Below, piece after piece: positions 1-13,521 of a DNA stretch of 64,000 nt. The position numbers and the translations under genes are program-made. The notes under the pieces were generated by a model. It was given only the letters and a program-made list of their open reading frames with translations, had not been told where the DNA came from and did not search any database. How positions within the stretch are numbered: the stretch's first letter is position 1; each line of letters begins with the position of its first letter. This stretch comes from Octopus sinensis (taxonomy: Eukaryota): the NCBI RefSeq assembly GCF_006345805.1, contig NC_043012.1, positions 47,678,001 to 47,742,000 of the forward strand. Direction: 5' to 3'.

Positions 1-144
1 GTTGCTATTAGTTGTTTTAACTCTTATTTCTAGCAGTACTGGTGCTGACGAGTGCCCTCAGTCACATTAATGACGTATATATTTCTAAATTGTGAACAAA
101 CCACCCTTATTATTATACATACATATGTGTATGTGTGTATGTAT

Positions 145-309
145 ACGAAAGGCTTCTTTCAGTTTCTGTCTATCAAATCCATCCACATGTCTGTGGTTGT
201 CCTGAGACTTTAGTAGAAGACATTTGCCCAAGATGTCAGGCAGTGGGACCGAACTATACACCATTTAGTTAAGAAGCAAGGAAGCTTCCTACCACACAGC
301 CATGCCTGT
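145..309 (-). mobile_element. tRNA-derived SINE family A, 5' part
   Basis: Matches the copies at 28727 and 32175; tRNA-like head with A/B-box-like motifs on the minus strand. Confidence 0.85.
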
Positions 310-360
310 ATGTATGTATGTATGTATGTATGTATGTATGTATGTATGTATGTATGTATG

Positions 361-417
<57 letters not shown>

Positions 418-3400
418 TATATATAGTATGTGTGTATGTATGTATGTCTGTGTATGACGTATATGCATATATGTCATAGAGAGAGAAATAAATAGATACA
501 GATATATATTCATACATATCTTAAGGCATGGAAACACGAAAAGTATCATGTAGGTACACACACAAATTCTAAATATTCAAGTGCAAACCGAATATATTAA
601 AAGCGCGATAAGAATATAGATACTTGCGTACGAATGTGTGAATATACGAATGCGATTATATGTGTGTGTGTGTGCGTGTGTTTGTGTTCGCGTGTATTCT
701 TTCAGTTTATGTTTATTTTATAGTACAAAAACATAAAAAACTCAATATAAGGTTCTATCGGATTTTCGTAGAGAATTTTATAACATCATTTATGTTAGAT
801 GAACAGAGATAACAAATCCGAGTAGAGGAATTGTGCGCATGCGTCAGCTATGTTTGTAATCGCTGTTTACAGTTAACGCACCCACGTACAACACATACAC
901 ACAGAACATGGAGATACGAAGAGACATGCACACACACACACATACGCATACAGAAACATATACATATGTAAACAAATAGAGTCAACAGATAAGATCCAGA
1001 TATTTTCAATGTAGAAAACAGTAGCGCTCAAAAGAGTTTAAGTTACATCCTGAAGCCTTTTACAGAGGACCAAGTCCGCGGTGTAAAAAAGTGGCAATAA
1101 TACGAATCCAACGAATCCAGGTGAGCGGATATGGAGATAATTATGTGAATAAGCACATAAAACTACTTGGGTTTGCTATGCAAAATATATATACATATAT
1201 ACACGTATACAGCATGATAATAGAGAGAAATGCAAGATTGAATATTTTCAGACGATGAATATTCAAGTATAAGTATATGGATAGAAAGATAGAAAATTAA
1301 AGGGGACAAGGCCCGACAGCTGTTTCTGGAGGCTCGGAGTTACTTCGTAATGTAGTTCACCAAAATATACAGCCAGTAATGGAATGAAATAAACATTGAG
1401 TAGATCCAGCATCTGTCATCAGAGTGCAGAGGTGAAAATCTGACATTTCAGATCATGATGTAAGGAAATTTAAATGTAGAATGGTGAAGAAATATTTAGC
1501 AGAAAGGGTGGTTTTTGTGGAAGGGGTATGTTGCTAGTGCGACTAAGATCTAACATTCCTTGTTAAGATTACCGTTGTACCTTCTTCTTAACCAGCACAT
1601 CTCCATTTGTAGCCATCACATCATCATATTTTGGATTTTCCCCACCTACCTTTAGCTTCCCTTAAACCATAACCACTTAGTATTACCTACAGCTGTCTTC
1701 GCTATCAATTTTATCCACCCCTCTCTCCCTCTCTGTCCACCTTCCTCTATTTACTCTCACACAATTATACATTCCTCAGGACTTTCCCGCTACCGCCAAC
1801 CCACCTTCATTCTTCCAATTCTCCCTTCACCACATATTAGCATCTTTAACTGGATCCTTTCCCCCTCTTTTCTGAGAATCTCGATTTGCCTTAGTTTATA
1901 GCTTTACCATCCCTAAATTTTAGCATCTATTTACAACAAGAAGGACCACCCTTCAAATACTACCCATGCAACAGGTCCCAGTTATCTCCCACCTCTCCTT
2001 TTCTACAACTACACTCAATGTCCTGATCATTCTTGCGTCACATCTTCTTAAACCGACTCTCTTGTCTCTTCTTGCCCTCCCTTCCTTCAAAACTCCTCTC
2101 AGCCCCATCGAACTTTCTATTTCTTCCGTACACAACTGCTGACCATACTCTTCATGCATTATACCTTTAAATTTCCCTGTATCATGATCGGAGCTATCAG
2201 AGGCCGGATCTATCTAATGTATATATACTTCCATTACTGGTTACATATGTTTGTGAACTACTTCTTCCAACTTTTTGAAGTGACTTTGAGCCTCCAGAAA
2301 CGTCTATCAGGCTTGTAACACCAGAACGTTTCAGAGTTTTCCTACTCTATGTAGGTTTGCTCTGTTAATATATATATATATAGTTGGAATTTACAAAACA
2401 AAAAAAAGGAAAAAAGACAAAAGAGGTGTATTAGTTTAACGCTCGGGAATGTGAGAAAGGCCTTTACGCAAGCCTACGCTCTTCAGCAGGAAGGTACAAG
2501 AGAAAATAAACAGAGAGAGAATTTTAAAAAAAGCTTATTGGCTATCGGCCGATTATGGTGATGGCCGGATATATATATTTATATATGAATATTCATCGTT
2601 AGAAAATTTTCAGTTTTTGCATTTTCTCTGTTTATATGTATACATGAATATATATTTTGTAGTTCGGACGTATACGATTTTGTTTGTTTATTTGCATCAT
2701 TGTGTCTATGTAAACAAATATGCACAAATAAAGTGTTTTACATATACAGGTGTGTGTGTGTGTGATGTGTATATATGTGAACGCTAGTGTGTGAATGTAT
2801 GTGCATATAAGTGTGCAAACGAGGGTGCGTGTGGTTTATATTTGTTTGTGTGTGGTTTCTATGCATTTGTGTCGGTTGTGAACGCGTGAGTATTTTTACT
2901 TTTTGTAAAATATTATATTACATACAGTCACATATAAAATAGAATATTTGCTCCGAATATGTCGCCCCGTCGAGGCCCAGATTTTCCTGTTCTTTCGTTT
3001 CACCTATATGAAATTTATTGTGAAACCAAATTTTGTGTATTACTAATACATGCACAACGTGTTTAGCTTTTACGCTGAGATTATGGCAGAGAGATCGTGT
3101 TCGATTGGCTCACATGATGATTGGATCGATATGTTCTATATATATATATATATGCATGTGCGTTTATGAATATATCTGTATATGTATGTATTTATGTATG
3201 CTTGCTTGTGTGCAAGTACATGTAGCCTTGCATGCATAAACCTAGTGAGTAATGATCATAACCATTCCAAGACTGGTTATTCTCCGAAGCTGTTCAAGAT
3301 TAATTCATTCATTCCACAGAGAGAGAGAGAGAGAGAGAGAGAAAGAGGAACGGCTTAATGCAGAATAATGTCTCTTTTTCAGAATTAACCATCTTTTGCA

Positions 3401-3977
3401 ACGAAATAAAAGTAAGCACAATGCTCACTCTTTTCTTGTTTAGTAGCTAGGCCTCTTCTTTTTTCTCTGCTGAAGTACATCTTTGGATGTTGCCATACAT
3501 GGTGTTTTCTTCAAACAAGATCAAAAGCTATCAAGATTGACAGGAAAAAGCTATGCGAAGTATTCCTCGATATCCTGCTTTTTGTAAATAAGGCATCAAC
3601 ATCGAAGAGTCGAATCGTAACGGCCAAGAATATCACTAAAATAACTTCCACAAGATGTTTCTTGGAAGTTACTGAGATGCTCTAAACATCATACACAAAA
3701 ATATACTGAATAGCAGGTCAACAGATGTAATACATTTCTCACGAACAGGACCACCGGCGATATGCAGCAACTGAACACTAGCTACCGAAGAAGCGTGGAG
3801 CACGGAAATCACGTGATCTGGCAGTTTTGGTGCCGATGCCATACGATTTCCGTCCGCTACGCGATACGTCTATGGTCTTAGCACCGTACGTCCATATTAC
3901 GGGTCCTCTCATCAAGGATACCATAGCATTCAGCGTTTTGATAATACGTGCTGGTAATGTAGGATCTAAAGTTCGGC

Positions 3978-4050
<73 letters not shown>

Positions 4051-4758
4051 ATGATGCATATGTTTGTGATAGTCTGTGTCTGTACACAAACAGACAGACA
4101 GGCAGACAGATACACACACACACACACATACATGGAGCGAGCGACTATTTTCCCAGTTAGCGTTAGCTGGATTCTCTTAAATGCTTATTTATGCTCTTTA
4201 TTTTCCCGAAAGCAGGCTTAATATTAAATTGTCACTTTGACATGAAGTTACTTAGTTCACTGTTTAAAAGACTTTGGCACATTCCTTTTTCATTTTGTTT
4301 GTCTTAACAAATAACAATTACTTTATGCGTCAAGTATTTGTCGCACCAAATTTTTCGTATATCCATTATATTTGTTCACTGCCTCTCTTGTTGTCAAAAT
4401 ATTTACGCACTGTCCTATCTTCACTACATCATTCTCAATCAGAATTTGTTATAAATTTATGGAAAAACCGACGCCAGAGTATTATCAGTTGGTGTCTTTC
4501 ATTCCTCAGCTGACATTTGGATGTGGGCGTTCATGTTTGTGAATTTTTGACTTTATATTCATACGTACGTGTTTGCATAGATATATTTTCAGTCACAGAG
4601 ACGCACAAACACAAACGAGGAAACTGATATCTTTGCGTGTATAGAAACAAAACTGGATAACAATTTAAAGAAAATTTGTGCTATAGAAAGTGAGAAAATG
4701 TAGGATTGACTTATTAAAGGTTTCCTTAATTTTTAGGTAAATACTTAAAATGATGTTC

Positions 4759-4940
4759 GCCGAAGTATGCTGCACCAGAAACATACAAGAGCTGAACGAG
4801 TGTCAAATTTTTCATATCACTCAGAGGAAAACTTATCACAAGAATGCAAACTTATATTTCAACTTAAAATTTAAATTTTAAAACGCAAGGTTTAACGGAG
4901 TGCTATATAAAGTTTAATCCAGTACTTTTGGAAAATAATG
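4759..4940 (-). pseudogene. CATSPERG-like C-terminal / transmembrane-proximal segments
   Basis: HYFPKVL (vs EFFFKVL), NFKLKY (vs NYQLTF), frameshift, FPLSDMKNLTLVQLLYVSGAAYFG (vs [21 protein letters not shown]). Confidence 0.55.
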
Positions 4941-5374
4941 GTGAAACGTTATGGTTAATAGAACCAAGTAAATTCATAGTTTTTACAGCATTGTAATCAA
5001 CATAGTTCTACCAAAAATAAATTTCTCGTTTACAAGGGTAATCGGAAATATATTTATCACCTACATTCAGTCAAATTTGCATGTATATTATACTCTCTTC
5101 ATGCTGCTAGAATTGCAGTCCTCTTGATAAATACTTTATCATATTACTTGTTGATATAAGGTTATATAAATACTTGTCTAGTTTTAAAATCTACAAGAAA
5201 GATTTTTTAAGTAAAATAACAAATTTTATTTGGCGTACTATTTTAGGTAATATCATTATGTTTATATTCACATTCCTCAACGTATTAGCAAGTATTAAGA
5301 ATGTTCACAGTTTATAATACTTCAATCGAATGCTTCTGCATTACTCTCTTGCATGAAACTCATTAGGGTATCAA

Positions 5375-5452
5375 AAATATATGTATCATTTTCATGTCAT
5401 TATTTACAAGTATTTCATAGATTTCTGAAGCTCCAATCGCTTTCAATGAAAG
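5375..5452 (-). pseudogene. CATSPERG-like pseudo-exon
   Basis: LSLKAIGASEIYEILVNNDMKMIHIF ungapped against [26 protein letters not shown]. Confidence 0.5.
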
Positions 5453-5562
5453 TCATTTTTAAGAATTCTGATCTTAGTTACAAATAGAGCACATTGTTAA
5501 GCGCGTACAATTGTTTCTTTTCTCTCGTTTTCAGAAGTACGAATAATCGTTAGATTTATTAA

Positions 5563-5682
5563 CTATGTGAAGTGCGTTGGATTAATATATAGTTTAATGT
5601 AACATGTGTGCCACATTTCAAATTTAAGGACATTTTGGGGATAAACTGTGTATCCATGTGTCAATTCCATTTTAATTGTTTG
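5563..5682 (-). pseudogene. CATSPERG-like pseudo-exon
   Basis: YPQNVLKFEMWHTCYIKLYINPTHFT* ungapped against [27 protein letters not shown]; the stop falls at the Cys. Confidence 0.6.
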
Positions 5683-6105
5683 GCTGTCATACGATGTCAG
5701 CAGATTGACTAAATATAGATTACTGTATGTAAGCAGGTAGCCTGTCACACTGACCGCCTATATCATTATTGACACAGGTTTAACACTATTTGCAACATAA
5801 AAGTTTTGTAAATTTAAATTTATGTAATAATAAAGTTTATTTCATCCTCTCGTATTAATGTGAACGATGGCATTTGAGTGCTTGCTTTCACAATACTTGA
5901 AGATAACATTTCTTTTATATAACGTAATTTTTAAATAAATTTAGAATTATCAATACGAAATTCGGATGGGAATTTGCGTTAACGATTGTGTATGATACCG
6001 ATGGTTGTTCGTCTGGGGTAAAACCTTAATCTTCATTGAATATGTGCACATCACTGACTGATGTTTGATAGATGTGTTCTGGTGTACATGTATCTATATA
6101 TGTAT

Positions 6106-6156
<51 letters not shown>

Positions 6157-6157
6157 A

Positions 6158-6427
6158 TTGCCGAACAGCTAGGTTACGCGGATGTAAACACACCCGTATA
6201 TGTTGTCATGGGAGGGGACTAACACAGGCAGGCAAACATATATACAAACATACATACATAATACATAAATAATACATATATATATATACGACGGGCTTCT
6301 TTCAGTTTCCATCTACCAAATCCACTCACAAGGCTTTGGTCGGTCCGAGGCTACAGCAGAGGGCACATGCCCAAGCTTCCACGCAGTGAGACTGAACTCG
6401 AAACCATGAGGTTGGTAAGTAAGCTAC
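6158..6427 (-). mobile_element. SINE family A, partial
   Basis: acgacgggcttctttcagtttcc...aaatccactcacaaggctttggtcgg shared with other copies. Confidence 0.85.
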
Positions 6428-6986
6428 GTTCGATTCAATGTTTTATTGTATGCACAAAAATATACAGAATGATGAATAATACAGCTATGATGAAGGCTGA
6501 ATTTAAAAATAGTCAAAAGAAAGGAGATATTAAACAAATGTTTGGGCAAAACGAGACAAAGTGAAATAAGAAAGGGTTAAACAAGAGAAAAGTAATACAG
6601 AATGATATATGAACAAAAACAAGGATTCATGCAATAAAAAGAATACCTATTATCTAAAACGAGAAGAAATAATTGGTTAAAAAACGTAAGAGCTTCTGAA
6701 ACTGAGAAATAAAACATGGTTTAAATAAATATCATTAGTGGAATGGAAAAAATTATGATCAGGGCAAAGAAAAAAAAGATATACCTATTATTTTGAACAG
6801 AAAAATATAACGGAATATTGGTGGGGGAAATTAATGCATTTAAGCATCTTTACATGCTTCTTACCACCCCATCTTTAGAATCCACTTTCACTACTCCATG
6901 GAAGTAGCCATAGAGGAATTTATGTAAATATATTTCATACATACACCACGCACACACATATATATGTATACACATATGTGTGTACG

Positions 6987-7023
<37 letters not shown>

Positions 7024-7169
7024 GGCTATTTATTCTTTAGCTAATACACACTGAAGCATAAATAGTTTTGCGTATCACAGTATATCTGTTTGATGATTTT
7101 TTTTTTTTATTTTCGATAGCTTACATATGTAAATATGTAACTACAGATGTGCGTAAACTCTCATATGAT

Positions 7170-7207
<38 letters not shown>

Positions 7208-8207
7208 TGTGTGTTTATGTATGTATACGATATACACACACGCACACACATATAAATACGTGTATGTGTCTACTTATCTATCTATCTCTGTATATATATA
7301 TATGTATATATCTGATATATAGATATATAGATGGACATATGCATATTTTTTCACATGTATGTTTCTTTCATTGTATATATGTATCTAAGTATGATAAAAT
7401 ATAAATTCCAAGCAAACCTAACATTTACATGTTTTGTGCGAGCATCTGTGATTTAGTCGCTATGTAAATTCCTCTGAGACTACACATATATCTGTATAGT
7501 TGTATATATTTCAGAACTTTATGCATGAATTTGTGTATGCATGTGTTGTGTCGTAGAGGGTGTGTCGGGCTTGATAAATGCAGGCAATGATGTAATGACT
7601 GTTATTAACCTTCATTAGCAATATGCCAGCTCTCGTTAAAGTGGTAAGCATTGCTGTAATATAATAATGACGACAATGAGGCGCTAACATTTATTTTCCA
7701 TACTGGACGATCAGAGAGCATAGAGAAACAAAACATCGAAAGCATGACATGAATGCATACATACACACACATATATATACATACAATCATATATACATAT
7801 ATAAATACTCACGAACCCACGCACAGATATATACATAAAAGAAAATTATACAGAAAAAGATTTCATAAACATGCAGACAGATAGAAATATAGATAGATAT
7901 TCAATATAACGATTTACAAATCGGCATTACGCAATTATTATTATTTCCATATGTGACCATGGTTTTCCCGAACCGAAACAATTATATGCATTCGATCATG
8001 TCGTCATATGTACACGTACGAACAGTAACATGCACACATGTAGTAACATGTATACATGCACAAATTCACAGACATACACACATCAGCGTAATTCCATGTA
8101 AACATCTTTTCATGTAACGTGTCGTAGGTCCTTGAGTCAATATATATATATTTATATGCGTGTATCTGAGTGTGTTGGGGTGTGTGCACATGCATTTATG
8201 TATGTCA

Positions 8208-8274
<67 letters not shown>

Positions 8275-8477
8275 AATAGGTAATTGAATAGCCCGTTGAG
8301 TATTGCGTGAACAGGCCGCTGCTTTCCGACATTATTATGCGAAACGTTGGATGCTCCACACTGTACTGCGATGTCACTCTACTCCTTTTGTTACATTTTG
8401 CATTTTAGCGTAGATCTTGCCAACGTAGAAAATAACCATCCACATTGTATTCTCGTATATCTCATTTTATATTTTAT

Positions 8478-8844
8478 TTCTTTCAGTCTTTAGACCGCGG
8501 CCATGCTGGGGCATCATCAGTAAAGAGTTTTAGTCGGATGCATTGACTCCATTACATTTTCTGTTTAAGCCACGAATTTATGCATTCGGTTTCTTATGGA
8601 ACTGCTAATGTACGGGAACGTAAAGACACCATCACCCGTTATCAAACGATGGTGGACAAAGAGAGACACAAAGACACACACGCGCGCACACATATATACA
8701 TACGACCGGTTTCTTTCAGTTTATGTCTGCGAAATCTACTCACAAGGCTTTGTTCAGCCCAAGGCTATTGTAGTACACAGTTGTCCAAGGTGCGACGCAT
8801 TGGGACTTTATCCTTGTGGATGGCAAACTATACCACGCAGCCAC
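8478..8844 (-). mobile_element. SINE family A, diverged near-full copy
   Basis: gcggccatgctggggca tail plus the family A body and head. Confidence 0.8.
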
Positions 8845-8921
8845 ATATATATATAGGGCTTACTATTGGTCTTGACTGTGATCATGTCCCATTGTACATT
8901 CGTAACATATTGTCTTTTAAA

Positions 8922-9134
8922 GGCGGCGAGCTGGCAGAAATGTTAGCAAGTAGGGCGAATTGCTTAGCGGTATTTCGTCTGTCTCTACGTTCTGAGTTTA
9001 AATTCCGCCGATGTCGACTTCTGCATTTCATCCTTTCAGTGTCGATAAATTAAGTACCAGTTGCGTACTGGGGTCGATCTAATCGACTGGTCCCCTCTCC
9101 TAAAATTTCGGTCTTTGTGTCTAGAGTAGAAAAG
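8922..9134 (+). mobile_element. tRNA-derived SINE family B with 18-bp target-site duplication
   Basis: Flanked by identical aacatattgtcttttaaa at 8904-8921 and 9135-9152; central tttcatcctttc...gtcgataaattaagtaccag resembles a conserved SINE core. Degraded copies near 15110-15305 (-) and 32915-33050 (+). Confidence 0.85.
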
Positions 9135-9660
9135 AACATATTGTCTTTTAAAAATTATGCCCTAATTTACAGATTTGTTTTACTCCTGTAACTAAAAATA
9201 GTTCTCGAATATGTAGCTTTTTTACTGATTGAAAAAAATATATATCATTGTATATTTTCCAACATACTTTATTGATGTTTGAAAAAGAAATTTAATTTAG
9301 TGCAACATTTTCTTCTTAATGATATCATTGCATTTTTCGATTCCGAACTTATACTAGTGAATATACCATTATTGTATTATATTTTGAAGTAAGTCAATAT
9401 ATTAAAATATATTCTTATGCATAATGTACAACAGATATTTTTTTGTAATTTTCCCCAGATAGCTTGTGTATTGAAATTATTTTCCTATCATAAATCCATT
9501 AGTAATTTCCGTGTCTTTCACATCTTTCGAAAGTACAGATTATATCTAAAGAAACGCCAATGGGCCTTATGCAATACTATACCAATGAATTTTCATAAAC
9601 ACTCTCGTGTTTATTTATCGACGTCAATAAATAGATACATACACTAGACATGTCTTAATA

Positions 9661-10224
9661 TTGGGTTGTCCGGAAAGTTCGTGCCGATTTATAGCAGCTA
9701 ACATTTCGACTTACTTTAGAACATGGTTGTATCCATAAAATGCGATTTGATTCACATCCATTTAGAGCACAGTTTGAGCTATCTTTTCGTGGAAGAAGGT
9801 TTATGTTCCTATAACATGTGTTAATTCTGTAATCCTTTAAAATGGAAGATAAGAAAGTTTATTTTCAGGACTTGGTGCTTTGGGATCCAGACAAAAATTG
9901 CTGCAGCTCGGTTGGTATGTGTTACCCCACCCTCCATATTCACCAGATATTACTCCTTCGGATTTCCACTTATTCAGGTCTCTGTAGAATAATCTTAAAG
10001 GAAAACATTTCAATTCTTGGATGACGTAAAAAGATACCTTGATGAATTCTTTGCCATGAAACCGCCTCAATTCTGGGAAGAGGGTATTTTCAAGTTAAAG
10101 AGAAGATGGAGACTCATTGTGCAATAAAATGGTTCATATTAGGTTGATTAAAAATCTAATGGCAAATATTTATTTACTTTTTTCTTTCGTTTAAAAATCG
10201 GGACGAACTTTCCGGACAACCTAA
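9661..10224 (+). mobile_element. Internally deleted mariner (MITE-like)
   Basis: 30-bp TIRs (9661-9690 and 10195-10224, 2 mismatches) flanked by TA; MEDKKVYF fused to LGWYVLPHPPYSPDITPSDFHLFRSL* (mariner YSPDL motif). Confidence 0.92.
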
Positions 10225-10471
10225 TATATTTTATTCAGAATTTTTTTTTTAATTTTTGGAATGTCCCCCTACAAAATATTTCCCTTCTATGTCTTTCAGT
10301 TGATAAGAGTAGGTAAACGATACAGCAACCAACCATATTAGGCTGCACTTGTGACTAACAATAGTATTGTTACTCACATGTGCAATACATTTATGGTCGT
10401 TATGTTTGATCTCTGCATCTCTTTCAAAGACATTGATTTATTATACAAGGAGGAACTGCTAATAACTGGGT

Positions 10472-10558
10472 TTACTGCGCCAGTAGGGATTCAGTGTCAG
10501 AAAACTTATCTAGAAAGAGGACGGCAATTTCTCCTGGCATCCAAAGAAACACAAGTGC
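10472..10558 (-). pseudogene. Possible CATSPERG-like pseudo-exon
   Basis: ttcag|ALVFLWMPGEIAVLFLDKFSDTESLLAQ* vs ELPERIFLDKGTEYSF; the match rests mainly on FLDK and position. Confidence 0.35.
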
Positions 10559-11474
10559 CTGAAACTCTCGGTGTTGTTACAGTATGAAACATAACCTAAT
10601 GATTTCCTTTTACTGATGAAGATCCTTGAAATTTTCTACGATTCTCCTATCTTACTATATGTAAAATATGTCTTCTTCCGTGCAAATCAAGCTTTAGAAG
10701 AAAAGATTCTAGCAGTTAAATAAATGCAAACAGAAATTGTTTCCTAGGAAATATTCTGGAATTGATTTTAACATTTGCTTCTCAATATTCTCCCAGTATC
10801 ATTATTTTACTATTACTTAAGGTTATCTGGACCTGCCCAGGTTGACAATTTAACTTGAAACAGGAAAATAGTTTTCAAGTATATTACAATAGTCGAAGCA
10901 CGATCTTCAGCCTGAGATTACGAAGCCTGAAATATTTCATTATAGACGTCTTATAGGAAATTGTACAAAACTCATAATTGTATGGCAACGTAGAACGTTT
11001 TAAACAAGGAGAAACCATGAGTGAATATGTGCTACTTTCCAACCAATCAAAATCGCGCATAAATATCTCTGTTTAGGTCTATGTCTATAACAATAGGCAG
11101 GAAAAATAGCTTCTCTGTCCTTCACAGAGTAACATAATTTACATCGGTTGCGGGAAGTACGTCGACAGATATAAAGATTTAGGTTTTCCTATCAATAACT
11201 ATACTTTTTTAGTGATATATTGATATATGAGGTCTAAATAGCTTATATGGGTGTCTGCTTTCTGTTTAATTTCACATGACCACTTCATAGAATATGTTTG
11301 TATGTGTGGGTTCATATATCTACATACATACACTTATATTCACATGTATGTATTTATGTATATAAATTTATATCTATCTGTCTATATCGATATCTATATG
11401 TGTATATATATATATATAGTATATATATATTTATACACACCCATATATATACATACATATATATATATATATAC

Positions 11475-11518
<44 letters not shown>

Positions 11519-11779
11519 GCATACATACATATATATATATATATAATCACGCACACATATGAAATGAAATCAATATGTAAGTTTATACCCGTTTGTATGA
11601 GATTATTCATCTTTTTATTCACCGTTGCAATTTAATGTATGCATGTACAATGTGTTTTCTATCTTAGTATATGAATGTCTGTATGTATACATTTTCTTTA
11701 TATTTACACTTCTTTTAAGCTGGTAATATTTAAACATTCTCATATACATGGAAAACAGACACACACGTACGTGTGTGTG

Positions 11780-11825
<46 letters not shown>

Positions 11826-12302
11826 TGTATGTGTGTGTGTGTGTTTGTAATACATATAGCGAGAGAGAGAGAGAAGAGAGAGAATGAGAGTAGGAAGACA
11901 GTCCGTAAATGATAGAGAGACGTATACTGTTCGGCGACGATAAAAAGACAGATCAAAGAAGAAAAGTAAAAAAGAACAGAATTTAAGAATTGAAAGCTTG
12001 TAAGATTTCTTTTATTCCTTATTTTTCCATTTCTAAACAAAAGCATTTAGCTTTGCATCCAAAGCACCAAATTACATTTATCAACTAGCTTTTATACTGA
12101 ACAGACATTGTAAACTTCACCAAATAACAATCATTGCACACATATTGAAACGCACATACACATATTCACACGCACATATACACAACAACAGACCTGTATT
12201 TACACGCCTACACACACACACATATATATCAAAAAAAGAAAGACAAACACCGTTTCTAAATCGAATATTTGTTTGTAAACACAATCGATTGCTAATTTTA
12301 CT

Positions 12303-12480
12303 GAGAAGCATTCGATAGATTTGAACAATAGCAAAACGTTCCAATCTTTCCAATACGTAATGATTACTCGAATTTTGTTCTGTTGCTTGCATTGTTCAAG
12401 TTCATGGAGTTTGCTTGTGAAAGAACTGTAAATAACTTTCGGCTTACATTTGAGTCTCGCTGAGTAAATTTTGGGGTCAT
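12303..12480 (-). pseudogene. CATSPERG-like pseudo-exon region
   Basis: TPKFTQRD (vs PQRYTRQE), then HYVLERLERFAIVQIYRMLL (12362-12303) vs [21 protein letters not shown]. Confidence 0.45.
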
Positions 12481-13213
12481 TCAGTTAGCTTTTGTTTCTG
12501 TAATATGTTGTACAAACATACAAACTAAGATTACTTGTTATTTTCTTGATGGGATTAACATGTTTTAGGATAATCATTTCGTTTGGTAAGAAGAAAGCAA
12601 ATTTCTGTTGTTTCGTGAATGATTGTTTATCATTTCCTGTTTTTATCACTGCATCTAGGAAGAAAAGGCAACATCTATAACCTCTTTACTTTCTCAGAAA
12701 CCCTAAGACTGGTAAAAGAAAAAGGAAGTAAAAAAAAAAAACTGGTAAGAATGCTTACAACAGAGTAAAGTCTACTTAAGTCGTATTTCGACTACGTATT
12801 GGAGCCAAATTGGGCGACGCGCAAGACTGCCATCCATGAACATAAAAACCGAAGAGCTGCAGCATGTACGGCAAGGCATCTATCGATTCGATCAAACTAC
12901 CGCAATGAACAAGAACTTTATATTTTCGACCCTGAAAGATGAACTGTTGATATAGAATTTGGACATAGCCACCAGAAAGCCGGATCGATTAACACTGGAC
13001 ATTTGTTCTATGCTTTAACAACTCAAACAAATTGACGCTATATCACTATACGGGAATTAGTTTTATCTTCGTCAGACACATGACGTATCAAATCAAAATT
13101 GTCATCCGTATATACATAAGTATTATTTGCCCAATATACATCTCATAGGTTTTCTTTTGTAACTGTTTATAGTATTATAATATTTCGGATATTCTATCCA
13201 ATAAAAACGATAA

Positions 13214-13521
13214 GCCTCGCCCTTTTCAAACCTAGCCAGGCTCATGGGCCCGGTTTCCCGGTTTCTGTGGCGTATGTGTCCCCCCCCCCCAGCTGGACGG
13301 GACGCCAGTCCATCGCAGCTTTAGTCAAGAAACAGGAAGAGAGAGTGAGAGAAAGTTGTGGCGAAAGAGTACAACAGGGGTCACCCCCCACCTATCGGAG
13401 CCTAGTGGAGCTCTTTTAGGTGTTTTCGCTCAATAAACACACACAACGCTCGGTCTCGGAATCGAAACCACGTTCCTCCCACCGCGAGTCCGCTGCCATA
13501 ACCACTATGCCCTTGCGCCTC
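13214..13521 (-). mobile_element. tRNA-derived SINE family C
   Basis: Minus strand starts gaggcgcaagggcatagtggttatggcagcggactcgcgg...ggtttcgattccgagacc (A/B-box-like), then a GC-rich body. Confidence 0.75.

Noticed and set aside
40-80. CTGACGA-GTG...CAC near the window start
   Set aside because: No GAAA follows the stem.
8300-8360. GTGAACA...GAAACGTT, a possible G3:C8 hammerhead variant
   Set aside because: Stems I and II do not pair convincingly.
10351-10587. Plus-strand exon-like ORF (DIDLLYKEELLITGF...)
   Set aside because: No partner + strand exons; better explained as the antisense of a minus-strand pseudo-exon, though not excluded.
13440-13521. tRNA-like sequence
   Set aside because: SINE head continuous with a SINE body; no complete cloverleaf.
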